Below, one piece after another: positions 50,879 through 62,192 of a stretch of DNA of 64,000 bases. The notes beneath the pieces were generated by a model that searched no databases, was not told the DNA's origin, and saw only the letters and a program-made list of their open reading frames with translations. The first letter of the stretch is position 1. The number at the start of each line of letters is the position of its first letter. A program made the translations under genes and the position numbers. The stretch comes from Squalus acanthias. Lineage: Eukaryota. Location of the stretch: contig JASTWF010000368.1 of NCBI GenBank assembly GCA_030390025.1, positions 248,001 to 312,000 on the forward strand. Direction: 5' to 3'.

Positions 50879-52839
50879 CTGGGTCACCTCGTCGCCGACG
50901 CCCTCTCCTCTCGCTCCACGCTCGACCCGCTGTGAAGCTGTCGACCCCTTGCTCCGTCCGCTGACTGTTTCTCCCTCCTGGCCGTCGACCTCGCCATTAC
51001 CCCTGGGAGTTTGAGTGCCCCTATCCTCTGCCGCCGGCAGCTCCAGGCCCCAGTCGTTCCTGGACTCTGCCACCTCTCCCGACGGCGTGGATCGTCCATC
51101 CGTGATCTCAGCCATTTCCTCCTGGCCGGAGGCGACCTCTGACCCGGCTCCCGTGCGGTCCGTCGCCTCTCCGTTCTCCTCCGGGTCACCGTGAGACCGC
51201 CATTCACCCGGCTCCCCGTCTCTGGGGCTCTCCGTCTCCCCCTGTCTGGGGCTCTCCGTCTCCCCCTGTCTGGGGCTCTCCGTCTCCCCCTGTCTGGGGC
51301 TCTCCGTCTCCCCCTGTCTGGGGCTCTCCGTCTCCCCCTGTCTGGGGCTCTCCGTCTCCCCCTGTCTGGGGCTCTCCGTCTCCCCCTGTCTGGGGCTCTC
51401 CGTCTCCCCCTGTCTGGGGCTCTCCGTCTCCCCCTGTCTGGGGCTCTCCGTCTCCCCCTGTCTGGGGCTCTCCGTCTCCCCCTGTCTGGGGCTCTCCGTC
51501 TCCCCCTGTCTGGGGCTCTCCGTCTCCCCCTGTCTGGGGCTCTCCGTCTCCCCCTGTCTGGGGCTCTCCGTCTCCCCCTGTCTGGGGCTCTCCGTCTCCC
51601 CCTGTCTGGGGCTCTCCGTCTCCCCCTGTCTGGGGCTCTCCCTCTCCCCGTCTCGTGGACTCTCCCTCTCCCCGTCTCGTGGACTCTCCCTCTCCCCGTC
51701 TCCGGCGCTCTCCATCCAGACAGCGGGGCGGAGGGGCGGCGAGAGGCCGGTTTGCAAAGAGCGGCCGCCATCTTGCGCCCGTCTGGCTCTCTCCAGCGCC
51801 CCGGGAGTTGACCATTCAAAGGACTCCGAGAGGCCCCAGTCAGAGGTCGTGGAGACGTCTGAGTCAAGGCAGGACAGCTGCTCGCGCTCAGCCGCCAGAC
51901 GCTCCTCGGCCGGCAGACGTTCCTGTTCCGCCAGACGCTCCTGTTCCGCCAGACGCTCTTCAGCAGCCAGACGCTCCTGTTCTGCCAGACGCTGCTGTTC
52001 CGCCAGACGCTCCTGTTCCGCCAGACGCTCCTGTTTTGCCAGACGCTCCTGTTCCGCCAGACGTTCTTCAGCAGCCAGACGCTCCTGTTCCGCCAGACGC
52101 TCCTGTTTTGCCAGACGCTGCTGTTCCGCCAGACGCTCCTGTTCCGCCAGACGTTCTTCAGCAGCCAGACGCTCCTGTTCCGCCAGACGTTCTTCAGCAG
52201 CCAGACGCTCCTGTTCCGCCAGACGCTGCTGTTCTGCCAGACGCTGCTGTTCCGCCAGACACTCCTGTTCCGCCAGACGCTGCTGTTCTGCCAGACGCTC
52301 CTGTTCCGCCAGACACTGCTGTTCTGCCAGACGTTCTTCAGCAGCCAGACGCTCCTGTTCTGCCAGACGTTCTTCAGCAGCCAGACGCTCCTGTTCTGCC
52401 AGACGTTCTTCAGCAGCCAGACGCTCCTGTTCCGCCAGACGTTCTTCAGCAGCCAGACGCTCCTGTTCTGCCAGACGTTCTTCAGCAGCCAGACGCTCCT
52501 GTTCTGCCAGACGTTCTTCAGCAGCCAGACGCTCCTGTTCCACCAGACGTTCTTCAGCAGCCAGACGCTCCTGTTCCGCCAGACGTTCTTCAGCAGCCAG
52601 ACGCTCCTGTTCCGCCAGACGTTCTTCAGCAGCCAGACGCTGCTGTTCCGCCAGACGCTCGGCCTCCAGATGTTCCCCGGCCGTCTCCTCTCCTGCCCGT
52701 GCTTTCTCCACCAGTGCCCACAGCCTGGGGCTCAGGTCAGCGGTGGGAGGGGGTGAGATGCGGGCGTTACCGGGCGGCGAGGAGGGTGGGACTGGCGGAA
52801 TCGGCCCAGCGGAGTCGTCATCTCCCATGGGATCGGACT
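50879..52839 (-). CDS. TNKS1BP1: TNKS1BP1 large central exon with AEQERL/AAEERL and GETESPRQ coding repeats
   Basis: Open frame (part of ORF 50840-53182); pyrimidine tract plus cgcAG acceptor, phase 1; CAG|GTAACT donor, phase 0. Confidence 0.8.
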
Positions 52840-53131
52840 CTGCGGTGGGCGGGGCCAGGAGGAGGAATAGCCTGGGTCCCTGCCCCTCCCCCACTGAACC
52901 TCCCTCTCCGACCCCCGACCCCACTGAACCTCCCTCTCTGACCCCCGACCCCACTGAACCTCCCTCTCCGACCCCCGACCCCACTGAACCTCCCTCTCTG
53001 ACCCCTGACGCCATGGAACCTCTCTGTCCGACCCCTGACCCCACTGAACCTCTCTCTCCGACCCCCGATCCCACTGAACCTCTCTTTCCGACCCCCGACC
53101 CCACTGACCCTCCCTCTTCGAAACTCCTCAC

Positions 53132-53408
53132 CCGCTGACCCTCCACCTCCGACCACTGACCCTCTCTCTCTGACCCCCTCACCCGTCAACGCTCTCTCTC
53201 CGACCCCTGACCCCAACGACGCTCTCTCTCTGACCCCCGGCCCCACTGATCCTCGTTCTCCGACCTCTGGCCCCATTGATCCCAGTTCTCTGACCTCCAA
53301 CCCCGTGGGCGCTCTCTCTCCGACCCGCTCCTCAGACAGCCCTGGCTGGGGTCGGGGGTCGGGGGCTGCGCTTCCTCCTCCGGCTTCCATTTCCCTGCTC
53401 TCTGAGAC
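53132..53408 (-). CDS. TNKS1BP1: TNKS1BP1 coding exon (VSESREMEAGGG...); 3' end at 53132 or 53183
   Basis: ccccccgccAG acceptor, phase 0; two G|GTGAGG phase-1 donors, both compatible with the 52839 acceptor. Confidence 0.65.
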
Positions 53409-54248
53409 CTGGCGGGGGGAAGAGGGGGAGCGGAGTCAGTAATCGGACAACACGTACCCCCTTCCGTAAACCCCCACACCGCAAAACAGTCCCCCCCCAC
53501 CCCGTAACCCTTGAACCTTGTCAGTACCCCATCGCCCACCCGTATCCCTTGAACCTTGTCAACCCCGTACCCTGTTGCCCACCCGTACCTCCTGAACCTT
53601 GTCACCTCTGAACACTAACACCACCCCATATCCCGTCGCCGCCCCCCGTACCTAGTCACCCCTCCGTACTCAATCGCCCCCATACCCGTCGACCCCCCCG
53701 TACCCGTTCACCCCGTACCCCATCACCCCACAAACCCCATCACCCACCCACTCTTCCCTCCCTCCATGCTCCCCAACCCCTCTACCCCCTCCTCCTCCCC
53801 CTCTTCTCTCCCTTCCGCTCCCCTCCTCCACTTCCCCCTCCCCTGCCTTTCCCTCCACTCCCCCCCTCCTCTGCCCTCTCCTCCCTTCGACTCTCCTGCT
53901 TTTCCACTCCACTCTCCCCCCAACACCTTCCCCCTCTTCCCCCCTCCCTTTCCCTTCCCTCCTCTACTACCCCATTCTCCCCCTCACGCCTCCTTCCCCC
54001 CACTCCGTCTCCTTCCCCTCCCACTGTCCCCCACGCCTCCTCCCCATCCCTCTTCTTTCCCTCCCATTCTCCCCCTCACGCCTCCTTTCCACCCTCTCCT
54101 CCCTTCCCCTTCTCCCATTCATCCCCTCACGCCTCCTCTCCACCCTCTCCAGCCTCCTCCCCTCCTCCATTCTTCCCCTCCCACCTCCTCTCTCCCATGC
54201 GCGCCCCTTATCCATGCCCCACCCACCTCCAGAGTCTCCCCCTCTCAC

Positions 54249-54297
54249 CTGGGTCTGGCTCTTCATGACGGTCTGCTCCCCTTCACTGGGAAATGGA
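54249..54297 (-). CDS. TNKS1BP1: TNKS1BP1 49-nt coding exon (PFPSEGEQTVMKSQTQ)
   Basis: ttcacAG acceptor, CAG|GTGAGA donor; phase 2 to 0 bridges the neighbouring exons. Confidence 0.8.
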
Positions 54298-54431
54298 CTG
54301 TGAATCAGAAAGAATGAGGGAGAGATCAATCAGACTGACACCGACCCCCGTCATTCCTGTCCCGCTCCCCTCCCTCACTGCTGACCCTCACTCCGGTTCA
54401 CGATCCACACTGGGAGTCACCACAGCACAGC

Positions 54432-55376
54432 CCTGTACCTGCCCTGGGAGTGTTTGATGGGACAGTGTAGAGGGAGCTTTACTCTGTATCTAACCCGTGC
54501 TGTACCTGCCCTGGGAGTGTTTGATGGGACAGTGTAGAGGGAGCTTTACTCTGTATCTAACCCGTGCTGTACCTGCCCTGGGAGTGTTTGATGGGACAGT
54601 GTAGAGGGAGCTTTACTCTGTATTTAACCCGTGCTGTACCTGCCCTGGGAGTGTTTGATGGGACAGTGTAGAGAGAGCTTTACTCTGTATCTAACCCGTG
54701 CTGTACCTGCCCTGGGAGTGTTTGATGGGGACAGTGTAGAGGAGCTTTACTCTATATCTAACCTGTGCTGTACCTGTCCTGGGATTGTTTGATGGGGACA
54801 GTGTAGAGGGAGCTTTACTCTGTATCTAACCCGTGCTGTACCTGCCCTGGGAGTGTTTGATGGGACAGTGTAGAGGGAGCTTTACTCTGTATCTAACCCG
54901 TGTTGTACCTGCCCTGGGAGTGTTTGATGGGACAGTGTAGAGGGAGCTTTACTCTGTATCTAACCCGTGCTGTACCTGCCCTGGGAGTGTTTGATGGGAC
55001 AGTGTAGAGAGAGCTTTACTCTGTATCTAACCCGTGCTGTAGCTGCCCTGGGATTGTTTGATGGGACAGTGTAGAGGGAGCTTTACTCTGTATCTAACCC
55101 GTGCTGTACCTGTCCTGGGAGTGTTTGATGGGGACAGTGTAGAGGGAGCTTTACTCTGTATCTAACCCGTGCTGTACCTGCCCTGGGAGTGTTTGATGGG
55201 ACAGTGTAGAGGGAGCTTTACTCTGTATCTAACCCGTGCTGTACCTGTCCTGGGAGTGTTTGATGGGGACAGTGTAGAGGGAGCTTTACTCTGTATCTAA
55301 CCCGTGCTGTACCTGCCCTGGGAGTGTTTGATGGGACAGTGTAGAGGGAGCTTTACTCTGTATCTAACCCGTGCTG
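54432..55376. repeat. 67-bp minisatellite CTGTACCTGCCCTGGGAGTGTTTGATGGGACAGTGTAGAGGGAGCTTTACTCTGTATCTAACCCGTG, about 14 copies
   Basis: Tandem periodicity. Confidence 0.95.
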
Positions 55377-55390
55377 ACCATCTCACTCAC

Positions 55391-56240
55391 CCATTGACCG
55401 AGGTCCGAATGATGTCGTGCTGCCTCCATCTTTGCGCCGATTCCACGAGTCCCCATTCGGGCCCCGAGCTTGCTTCCTCCGCGCGGCTGGTTGCCACCTC
55501 CGTCTCGCGGGCCGGCAGGTCCGCGGTCCCGTCCCCCGGCGGCGTTGCCGGCACGGGCGCCGGTTGGGGAGGGGCACGGACGGGTGCGGCGGGCCGGTTC
55601 TCCTTCCCCTCCCCCCCGGCGGCCAGCGTGGTGCCGCCGCCCGGCTCGCGGTTGAAGAAGGCGAAGGCGGTGGAGCCGAAACGCGGGGAGGCGTCGCCGG
55701 CCGAGTACTCGCGGCTCCGCCTCCTCCCCCCTCCCCCGCCCGCCTCCCCCTCCCGCCGCGGCTCCTCCAGCTTGGCCAGGATCTCCTCCACGGTGGTGCC
55801 GGGGAAGCGCTTGGCCGGCGCCCGCACTGGGACCGGCCGCACCCGGAAGGTGGTGGGCGGCTTGGCTGCCGGCTGCTCGACCGGAGGGAGTGGCGCCGGA
55901 CGCTCCGCCGGGGGAAGCGGCGTCGCCGGCGGCTGTGCCGTCGGAGACGGCGGCTGGGCCGGGCTCCTCAGGGCCTCCGCCAGCAGCTCCAGCAACGGGG
56001 GCGCGGTGGAGCCGCGGGGAGAGGTGGGCGAGAGGCAGGGGGAGCAGGAGGAGGAGGAGGAGGAGGGGCGGCGCACGGGCTGGTGGGGCCGGGCCGCCGG
56101 GGCGCCGTAGGGCCTGGGGCCGGCCAGCGAGTTCACCTTGCGCAGTGAGGGCAATTCGGCCAAGGGGGGCTTCGCGGCAGTGGCAGCATGGGGCTTGGGG
56201 GGGACGGCAGGCTTGGGTTTGATGGGGGGCTTATCGACTC
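55391..56240 (-). CDS. TNKS1BP1: TNKS1BP1 coding exon 2 (proline-rich N-terminal region)
   Basis: KPPIKPKP, PLAELPSLRKVNSLAGPRPYG and RFPGTTVEEILAKLEEPRRE match the Tab182 N-terminus; phase 1 to 2. Confidence 0.93.
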
Positions 56241-56350
56241 CTGGATGGGACAGACAGAGAGAGAGAGAAAGACAGAGACACTGGTCAGAACAGTTACCCC
56301 CACGCCGACACCCCCTCCTCCCCTCGGTCTCCGAGCCCCGCCACACTCAC

Positions 56351-56465
56351 CTGGGCTCAGGGCTGCTTTATTGCATGCGTCCACCAGGGGAGCCAGAGGT
56401 CGCCGGTCAGCGAGGGGCTCGGACAGGGGAGGGGGCGTAGGAGCAGAGATCTGCGTCTCCGCCAT
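56351..56465 (-). CDS. TNKS1BP1: TNKS1BP1 first coding exon (MAETQISAP...); the exon begins at 56523 in the 5'UTR
   Basis: agaATGG Kozak; CAG|GTGAGT phase-1 donor; in-frame upstream stop; acceptor cccgcAG ending at 56524. Confidence 0.8.
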
Positions 56466-56554
56466 TCTCCCACGATACTCACAGTCTCCGTCAGATCCCG
56501 GCCTCCGATCTCATCCTCAGAGCCTGCGGGTACAAGAGATTGGGATTAATATCA

Positions 56555-58305
56555 GACAGTGCAGCTCTCCCTCAGTACAGCCCCTTCAACAGTGCAGCGC
56601 TCCCTCAGTACTGCCCCTCCGACAGTGCAGCGCTCCCTCAGTACTGCCCCTCCGACAGTGCAGCGCTCCCTCAGTACTGTCCCTCCGACAGTGCAGCACT
56701 CCCTCAGTACTGCCCCTCCGACAGTGCAGCACTCCCTCAGTACTGCCCCTCCGACAGTGCAGCGCTCCCTCAGTACTGCCCCTTCAACAGTGCAGCGCTC
56801 CCTCAGTACTGCCCCTCCGACAGTGCAGCATTTCCTCAGTACTGCCCCTCCGACAGTGCTGCGCTCCCTCAGTACTGCCCCTCCGACAGTGCAGCACTCC
56901 CTCAGTACTGCCCCTCCGACAGTGCAGCGCTCCCTCAGTAGTGCCCCTCCGACAGTGCAGCACTTCCTCAGTACTGCCCCTCTGACAGTGCAGCGCTCCC
57001 TCAGTACTGCCCCTCCGACAGTGTAGCACTTCCTCAGTACTGCCCCTCCAACAGTGCGGCGCTCCCTCAGTACTGCCCCTCTGACAGTGCGGCGCTCCCT
57101 CAGTACTGCCCGTCCGACAGTACAGCACACCCTCAGTACTGCCTCGCCGACAGTGCAATGAAGGAGTGCTGCACTGTTGGAGGGTAATAATGGCAATAGA
57201 TTGGGAGAAGGGGAAGTACAACGAGACCTGGGTGTCCTTGTGCATCAGTCGCTGAAGGTAAGCATGCAGGTGCAGCAGGCGGTTAAGAAGGCAAATGGTA
57301 TGTTGGCCTTCGTAGCGAGAGGGTTTGAGTACAGGAACAAGGATGTCTTGCTGCAGTTGTACAGGGCCTTGGTGAGACCACACCTTGAGTATTGTGTGCA
57401 GTTTTGGTCGCCTTATCTGAGGAAGGAGGTTCTTGCCATGGAAGGAGTTCAGCGAAGATTCACAAGGCTGATACCTGGGATGGCAGGAATGACGTATGAG
57501 GAGAGATTGAGTCGATTGGGCTTGTACTCGCTGGAGTTTAGAAGAATGAGAGGGGATCTCATTGAAACTTATAAAATTCTGAAAGGACTGGACAGACAGA
57601 AGGATGTTCCCGATGGTCGGAGAGTCCAGAACCAAGGGTCACAGTCTAAGGATAAGGGGTAAGCCATTTAGGACAGAAATGAGGAGGAATTTCTTCACCC
57701 AGAGAGTGGTGAACCTGTGGAATTCTCTACCACAGAAGGCAGTAGAGGCCAATTCATTAAATATATTCAAGAAGGAGTTGGATATATTTCTTAAGGCTAA
57801 AGGGATCAAGGGATATGGGGAGAAAGCAGGGACAGGGTTCTGAATTTGGATGATCAGCCATGATCGCATTGAATGGCGGAGCAGGCTAGAGGGGCCGAAT
57901 GGCCTACTCCTGCTCCTATCTTCTATGTTTCTATGCAACACTCCCTCAGTACTCCAACAGTGCAACACGCCCTCAGTACTGCCCCTTCGACAATACAGCT
58001 CTCCCTCAGTACTGCCCCTCCGACAGTGCGGCGCACCCTCAGTACTGCCCCTCCGACAGTGCAGCGCTCCCTCAGTACTGCCCCTCCGACAGTGCAGCTC
58101 TCCCTCAGTACTGCCTCTCCGACAGTGCCACGCTCCCTCAGTACTGCCCCTCCGCCAGTGCAGAGCTCCCTCAGTACTGCCCCTCCAACAGTGCAGCGCT
58201 CCCTCAGTACTGTCCCTCCGACAGTGCAGCGCTCCCTCAGTACTGTCCCTCCGACAGTGCAGCGCTCCCTCAGTACTTCCCCTCCGACAGTGCAGCTCTC
58301 CCTCA
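56555..58305. repeat. 33-bp SINE-derived minisatellite split by a CR1 insertion (56555-57157 and 57935-58305)
   Basis: Same unit on both sides of the CR1. Confidence 0.9.
57187..57934 (+). mobile_element. 5'-truncated CR1
   Basis: ORFs 57177-57662 and 57604-57843 encode the CR1 RT C-terminus; ctatgtttctatg tail. Confidence 0.9.
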
Positions 58306-59030
58306 GTCTTCTTCTTAGGCCGGAACCGAGGATGACTTGCTTCCACACTTAAAATGAGTTCTCAGGTGACTGATGAGTCCAATGCGGGACCTACAGTCTC
58401 TGTCACAGGTGGGGCAGACGGTGGTGGAAGGGGCGGGTGGGTGGGGTGCTTGGGTTGACGTGCGCTCCTTCCACTGTTTGTGCTTGGCTTCCGCTTGCTC
58501 CTGGCGAAGAGACTCGAGGTGTTCGGCGCCTTCCTGGATGCTTCTCCTTCACTTTGTGCGGTCTTGGGCCAGGGATTCCCAGGTGTCGGTGGGGATGTTG
58601 CACTTTTTCAAGGAAGCTTTGAGGGTGTCCTTGAAGCATTTCCTCTGCCCACCTGGGGCTCTCTTGCCGGGCTGGAGCTCAGAGTAGAGCGCTTGTTTTG
58701 GGAGTCTCGTATCGGGCATGCAGACGATGTGGCCCGTCCATCGGAGCTGATCGAGCGTGGTCAAAGCTTCGATGCTGGGTATGTTGGCCTGAGCGAGAAC
58801 ACTGACGTTGGTGCGCCTCTCCTGCCAATGGATTGGCAGGATCTTGCGGAGGCAGCGTTGCTGGTGCCTGCTGTACATGGTCCATGTCTCCGTGAAGCAT
58901 ACAGGAGGGCGGGTATCACTACTGCTCTGTAGACCATGAGCTTGGTGCTGGGTTTGAGGTCCTGGTCTTCAAACACTCTCTTCCTCAGGCGACCGAAGGC
59001 TGCACTGGCACACTGAAGGCGGTGTTGGAC
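58306..59030 (-). mobile_element. RTE-clade (BovB-like) LINE 3' fragment
   Basis: RLPKQALYSEL...GGQRKCFKDTLKASLK...WESLAQDR and TKLMVYRAVVIPALLY; (AAG)n tail at 58306-58316. Confidence 0.85.
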
Positions 59031-59032
59031 TT

Positions 59033-62000
59033 CTTGTGTGTGTGAGCCCGAGTGTGAAGGAACACTCCTTTAATAGTGATTTCAGTGTGTGTGTGTGAGC
59101 CCGGGTGTGAAGGAACGCTCCTTTAATAGTGATTTCAGTGTGTGTGAGAGCCCGGGTGTGAAGGAACACTCCTTTAATAGTGATTTCAGTGTGTGTGTGA
59201 GCTCGGGTGTGAAGGAACACTCCTTTAATAGTGATTTCAGAGTGTGTGTGTGAGCCCGAGTGTGAAGGAACGCACCTTTAATAGTGATTTCAGTGTGTGT
59301 GTGAGCCTGGGTGTGAAGGAACGCTCCTTTAATAGTGATTGCAGTGTGTGTGAGCCCGGGTGTGAAGGAACGCTGCTTTAATAGTGTTTTCAGTGTGTGT
59401 GTGAGCCCGGTGTGAAGGAACGCTCCTTTAATAGTGATTTCAGTGTGTGTGTGTGAGCCCGGGTGTGAAGGAACGCTCCTTTAATAGTGATTTCAGTGTG
59501 TGTGAGAGCCCGGGTGTGAAGGAACACTCCTTTAATAGTGATTTCAGTGTGTGTGTGAGCTCGGGTGTGAAGGAACACTCCTTTAATAGTGATTTCAGAG
59601 TGTGTGTGTGAGCCCGAGTGTGAAGGAACGCACCTTTAATAGTGATTTCAGTGTGTGTGTGAGCCTGGGTGTGAAGGAACGCTCCTTTAATAGTGATTTC
59701 AGTGTGTGTGAGCCCGGGTGTGAAGGAACGCTGCTTTAATAGTGTTTTCAGTGTGTGTGTGAGCCCGGTGTGAAGGAACGCTCCTTTAATAGTGATTTCA
59801 GTGTGTGTGAGCCCGGGTGTGAAGGAACGCTCCTTTAATAGTGATTTCAGTGTGTGTGAGCCCGGGTGTGAAGGAACGCTCCCTTAATAGTGATTTCAGT
59901 GTGTGTGTGAGCCCGGGTGTGAAGGAACGCTCCCTTAATAGTGATTTCAGTGTGTGTGTGCCCGGGTGTGAAGGAACACTCGTTTAATAGTGATTTCAGT
60001 GTGTGAGAGCCCGGGTGTGAAGGAACGCTCCTTTAATAGTGATTTCAGTGTGTGTGTGAGCCCGGGTGTGAAGGAACACTCCCTTAATAGTGATTTCAGT
60101 GTGTGTGTGCCCGGGTGTGAAGGAACACTCGTTTAATAGTGATTTCAGTGTGTGTGAGCCCGGGTGTGAAGGAACGCTCCTTTAATAGTGATTTCAGTGT
60201 GTGTGAGCCCGGGTGTGAAGGAACGCTCCTTTAATAGTGATTTCAGTGTGTGTGTGAGCCCGGGTGTGAAGGAACACTCCTTTAATAGTGATTTCAGTGT
60301 GTGTGAGAGCCCGGGTGTGAAGGAACGCTCCTTTAATAGTGATTTCAGTGTGTGTGTGAGCTCGGGTATGAAGGAACGCTCCTTTAATAGTGATTTCAGT
60401 GTGTGTGTGAGCCCGGGTGTGAAGGAACGCTCCTTTAATAGTGATATCAGTGTGTGAGAGAGCCCGGGTGTGAAGGAACGCTGCTTTAATAGTGATTTCA
60501 GTGTGTGTGTGAGCCTGGGTGTGAAGGAACACTCCTTTAATAGTGATTTCAGTGTGTGTGAGCCCGGGTGTGAAGGAACGCTCCTTTAATAGTGATTTCA
60601 GTGTGTGTGAGAGCCTGGGTGTGAAGGAATGCTCCTTTAATAGTGATTTCAGTGTGTGTGAGAGCCTGGGTATGAAGGAACGCTACTTTAATAGTGATTT
60701 CAGTGTGTGTGTGAGCCCGGGTGTGAAGGAACGCTCCTTTAATAGTGATTTCAGTGTGTGCGAGAGCCCGGGTGTGAATGAACGCTACTTTAATAGTGAT
60801 TTCAGTGTGTGTGTGAGCCCGGGTGTGAAGGAACGCTCCTTTAATTGTGATTTCAGTGTGTGTGTGAGCCCGGGTGTGAAGGAACACTCGTTTAATAGTG
60901 ATTTCAGTGTGTGAGAGCCCGGGTGTGAAGGAACGCTCCTTTAATAGTGATTTCAGTGTGTGTGTGAGCCCGGGTGTGAAGGAACGCTCCCTTAATAGTG
61001 ATTTCAGTGTGTGTGTGCCCGGGTGTGAAGGAACACTCGTTTAATAGTGATTTCAGTGTGTGTGAGCCCGGGTGTGAAGGAACGCTCCTTTAATAGTGAT
61101 TTCAGTGTGTGTGTGAGCCCGGGTGTGAAGGAACACTCCTTTAATAGTGATTTCAGTGTGTGTGTGAGTCAGGGTGTGAAGGAACGCTCCTTTAATAGTG
61201 ATTTCAGTGTGTGTGTGAGCCCGGGTGTGAAGGAACGCTCCTTTAATAGTGATTTCAGTGTGTGTGAGCCTGGGTGTGAAGGAACGCTCCTTTAATAGTG
61301 ATTTCAGTGTGTGTGTGAGTCCGGGTGTGAAGGAACGCTCCTTTAATAGTGATTTCAGTGTGTGTGAGCCCGGGTGTGAAGGAACGCTCCTTTAATAGTG
61401 ATTTCAGTGTGTGTGAGCCTGGGTGTGAAGGAACGCTCCTTTAATAGTGATTTCAGTGTGTGTGTGAGCCCGGGTGTGAAGGAACGCTCCCTTAATAGTG
61501 ATTTCAGTGTGTGTGTGCCCGGGTGTGAAGGAACGCACCTTTAATAGTGATTTCAGTGTGTGTGAGCCTGGGTGTGAAGGAACGCTCCTTTAATAGTGAT
61601 TTCAGTGTGTGTGTGAGCCCGGGTGTGAAGGAACGCTCTTTTAATAGTGATTTCAGTGTGTGTGTGAGCCTGGGTGTGAAGGAACGCTCCTTTAATAGTG
61701 ATTTCAGTGTGTGTGAGCCCGGGTGTGACGGAACGCTCCTTTAATAGTGATTTGAGTGTGTGTGAGCTCGGGTGTGAAGGAACGCTCCTTTAATAGTGAT
61801 TTCAGTGTGTGTGAGAGCCCGGGTGTGAAGGAACGCTCTTTTAATAGTGATTTCAGTGTGTGTGAGCCCGGGTGTGAAGGAACGCTCCTTTAATAGTGAT
61901 TTCAGTGTGTGTGAGCCCGGGTGTGAAGGAACACTCCTTTAATAGTGATTTCAGTGTGTGTGTGAGCTCGGGTATGAAGGAACGCTCCTTTAACAGTGAT

Positions 62001-62192
62001 TTCAGTGTGTGTGAGCCCGGGTGTGAAGGAACGCTCCTTTAATAGTGATATCAGTGTGTGAGAGAGCCCGGGTGTGAAGGAACACTCCTTTAATAGTGAT
62101 TTCAGTGTGTGTGAGCCCGGGTGTGAAGGAACGCTCCTTTAATAGTGATTTCAGTGTGTGTGAGCCTGGGTGTGAAGGAATGCTCTTTTAAT
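59033..62192. repeat. 49-53 bp minisatellite GAGCCCGGGTGTGAAGGAACGCTCCTTTAATAGTGATTTCA(GT)n, about 62 copies
   Basis: Tandem periodicity. Confidence 0.95.

Noticed and set aside
52818..53390. TNKS1BP1 as a frameshifted pseudogene
   Set aside because: All other exons are intact and in phase, and a plausible intron or single-base error explains the shift.
58306..59030. Horizontal transfer of a BovB-like RTE
   Set aside because: Cannot be supported from one degenerate fragment without database comparison.
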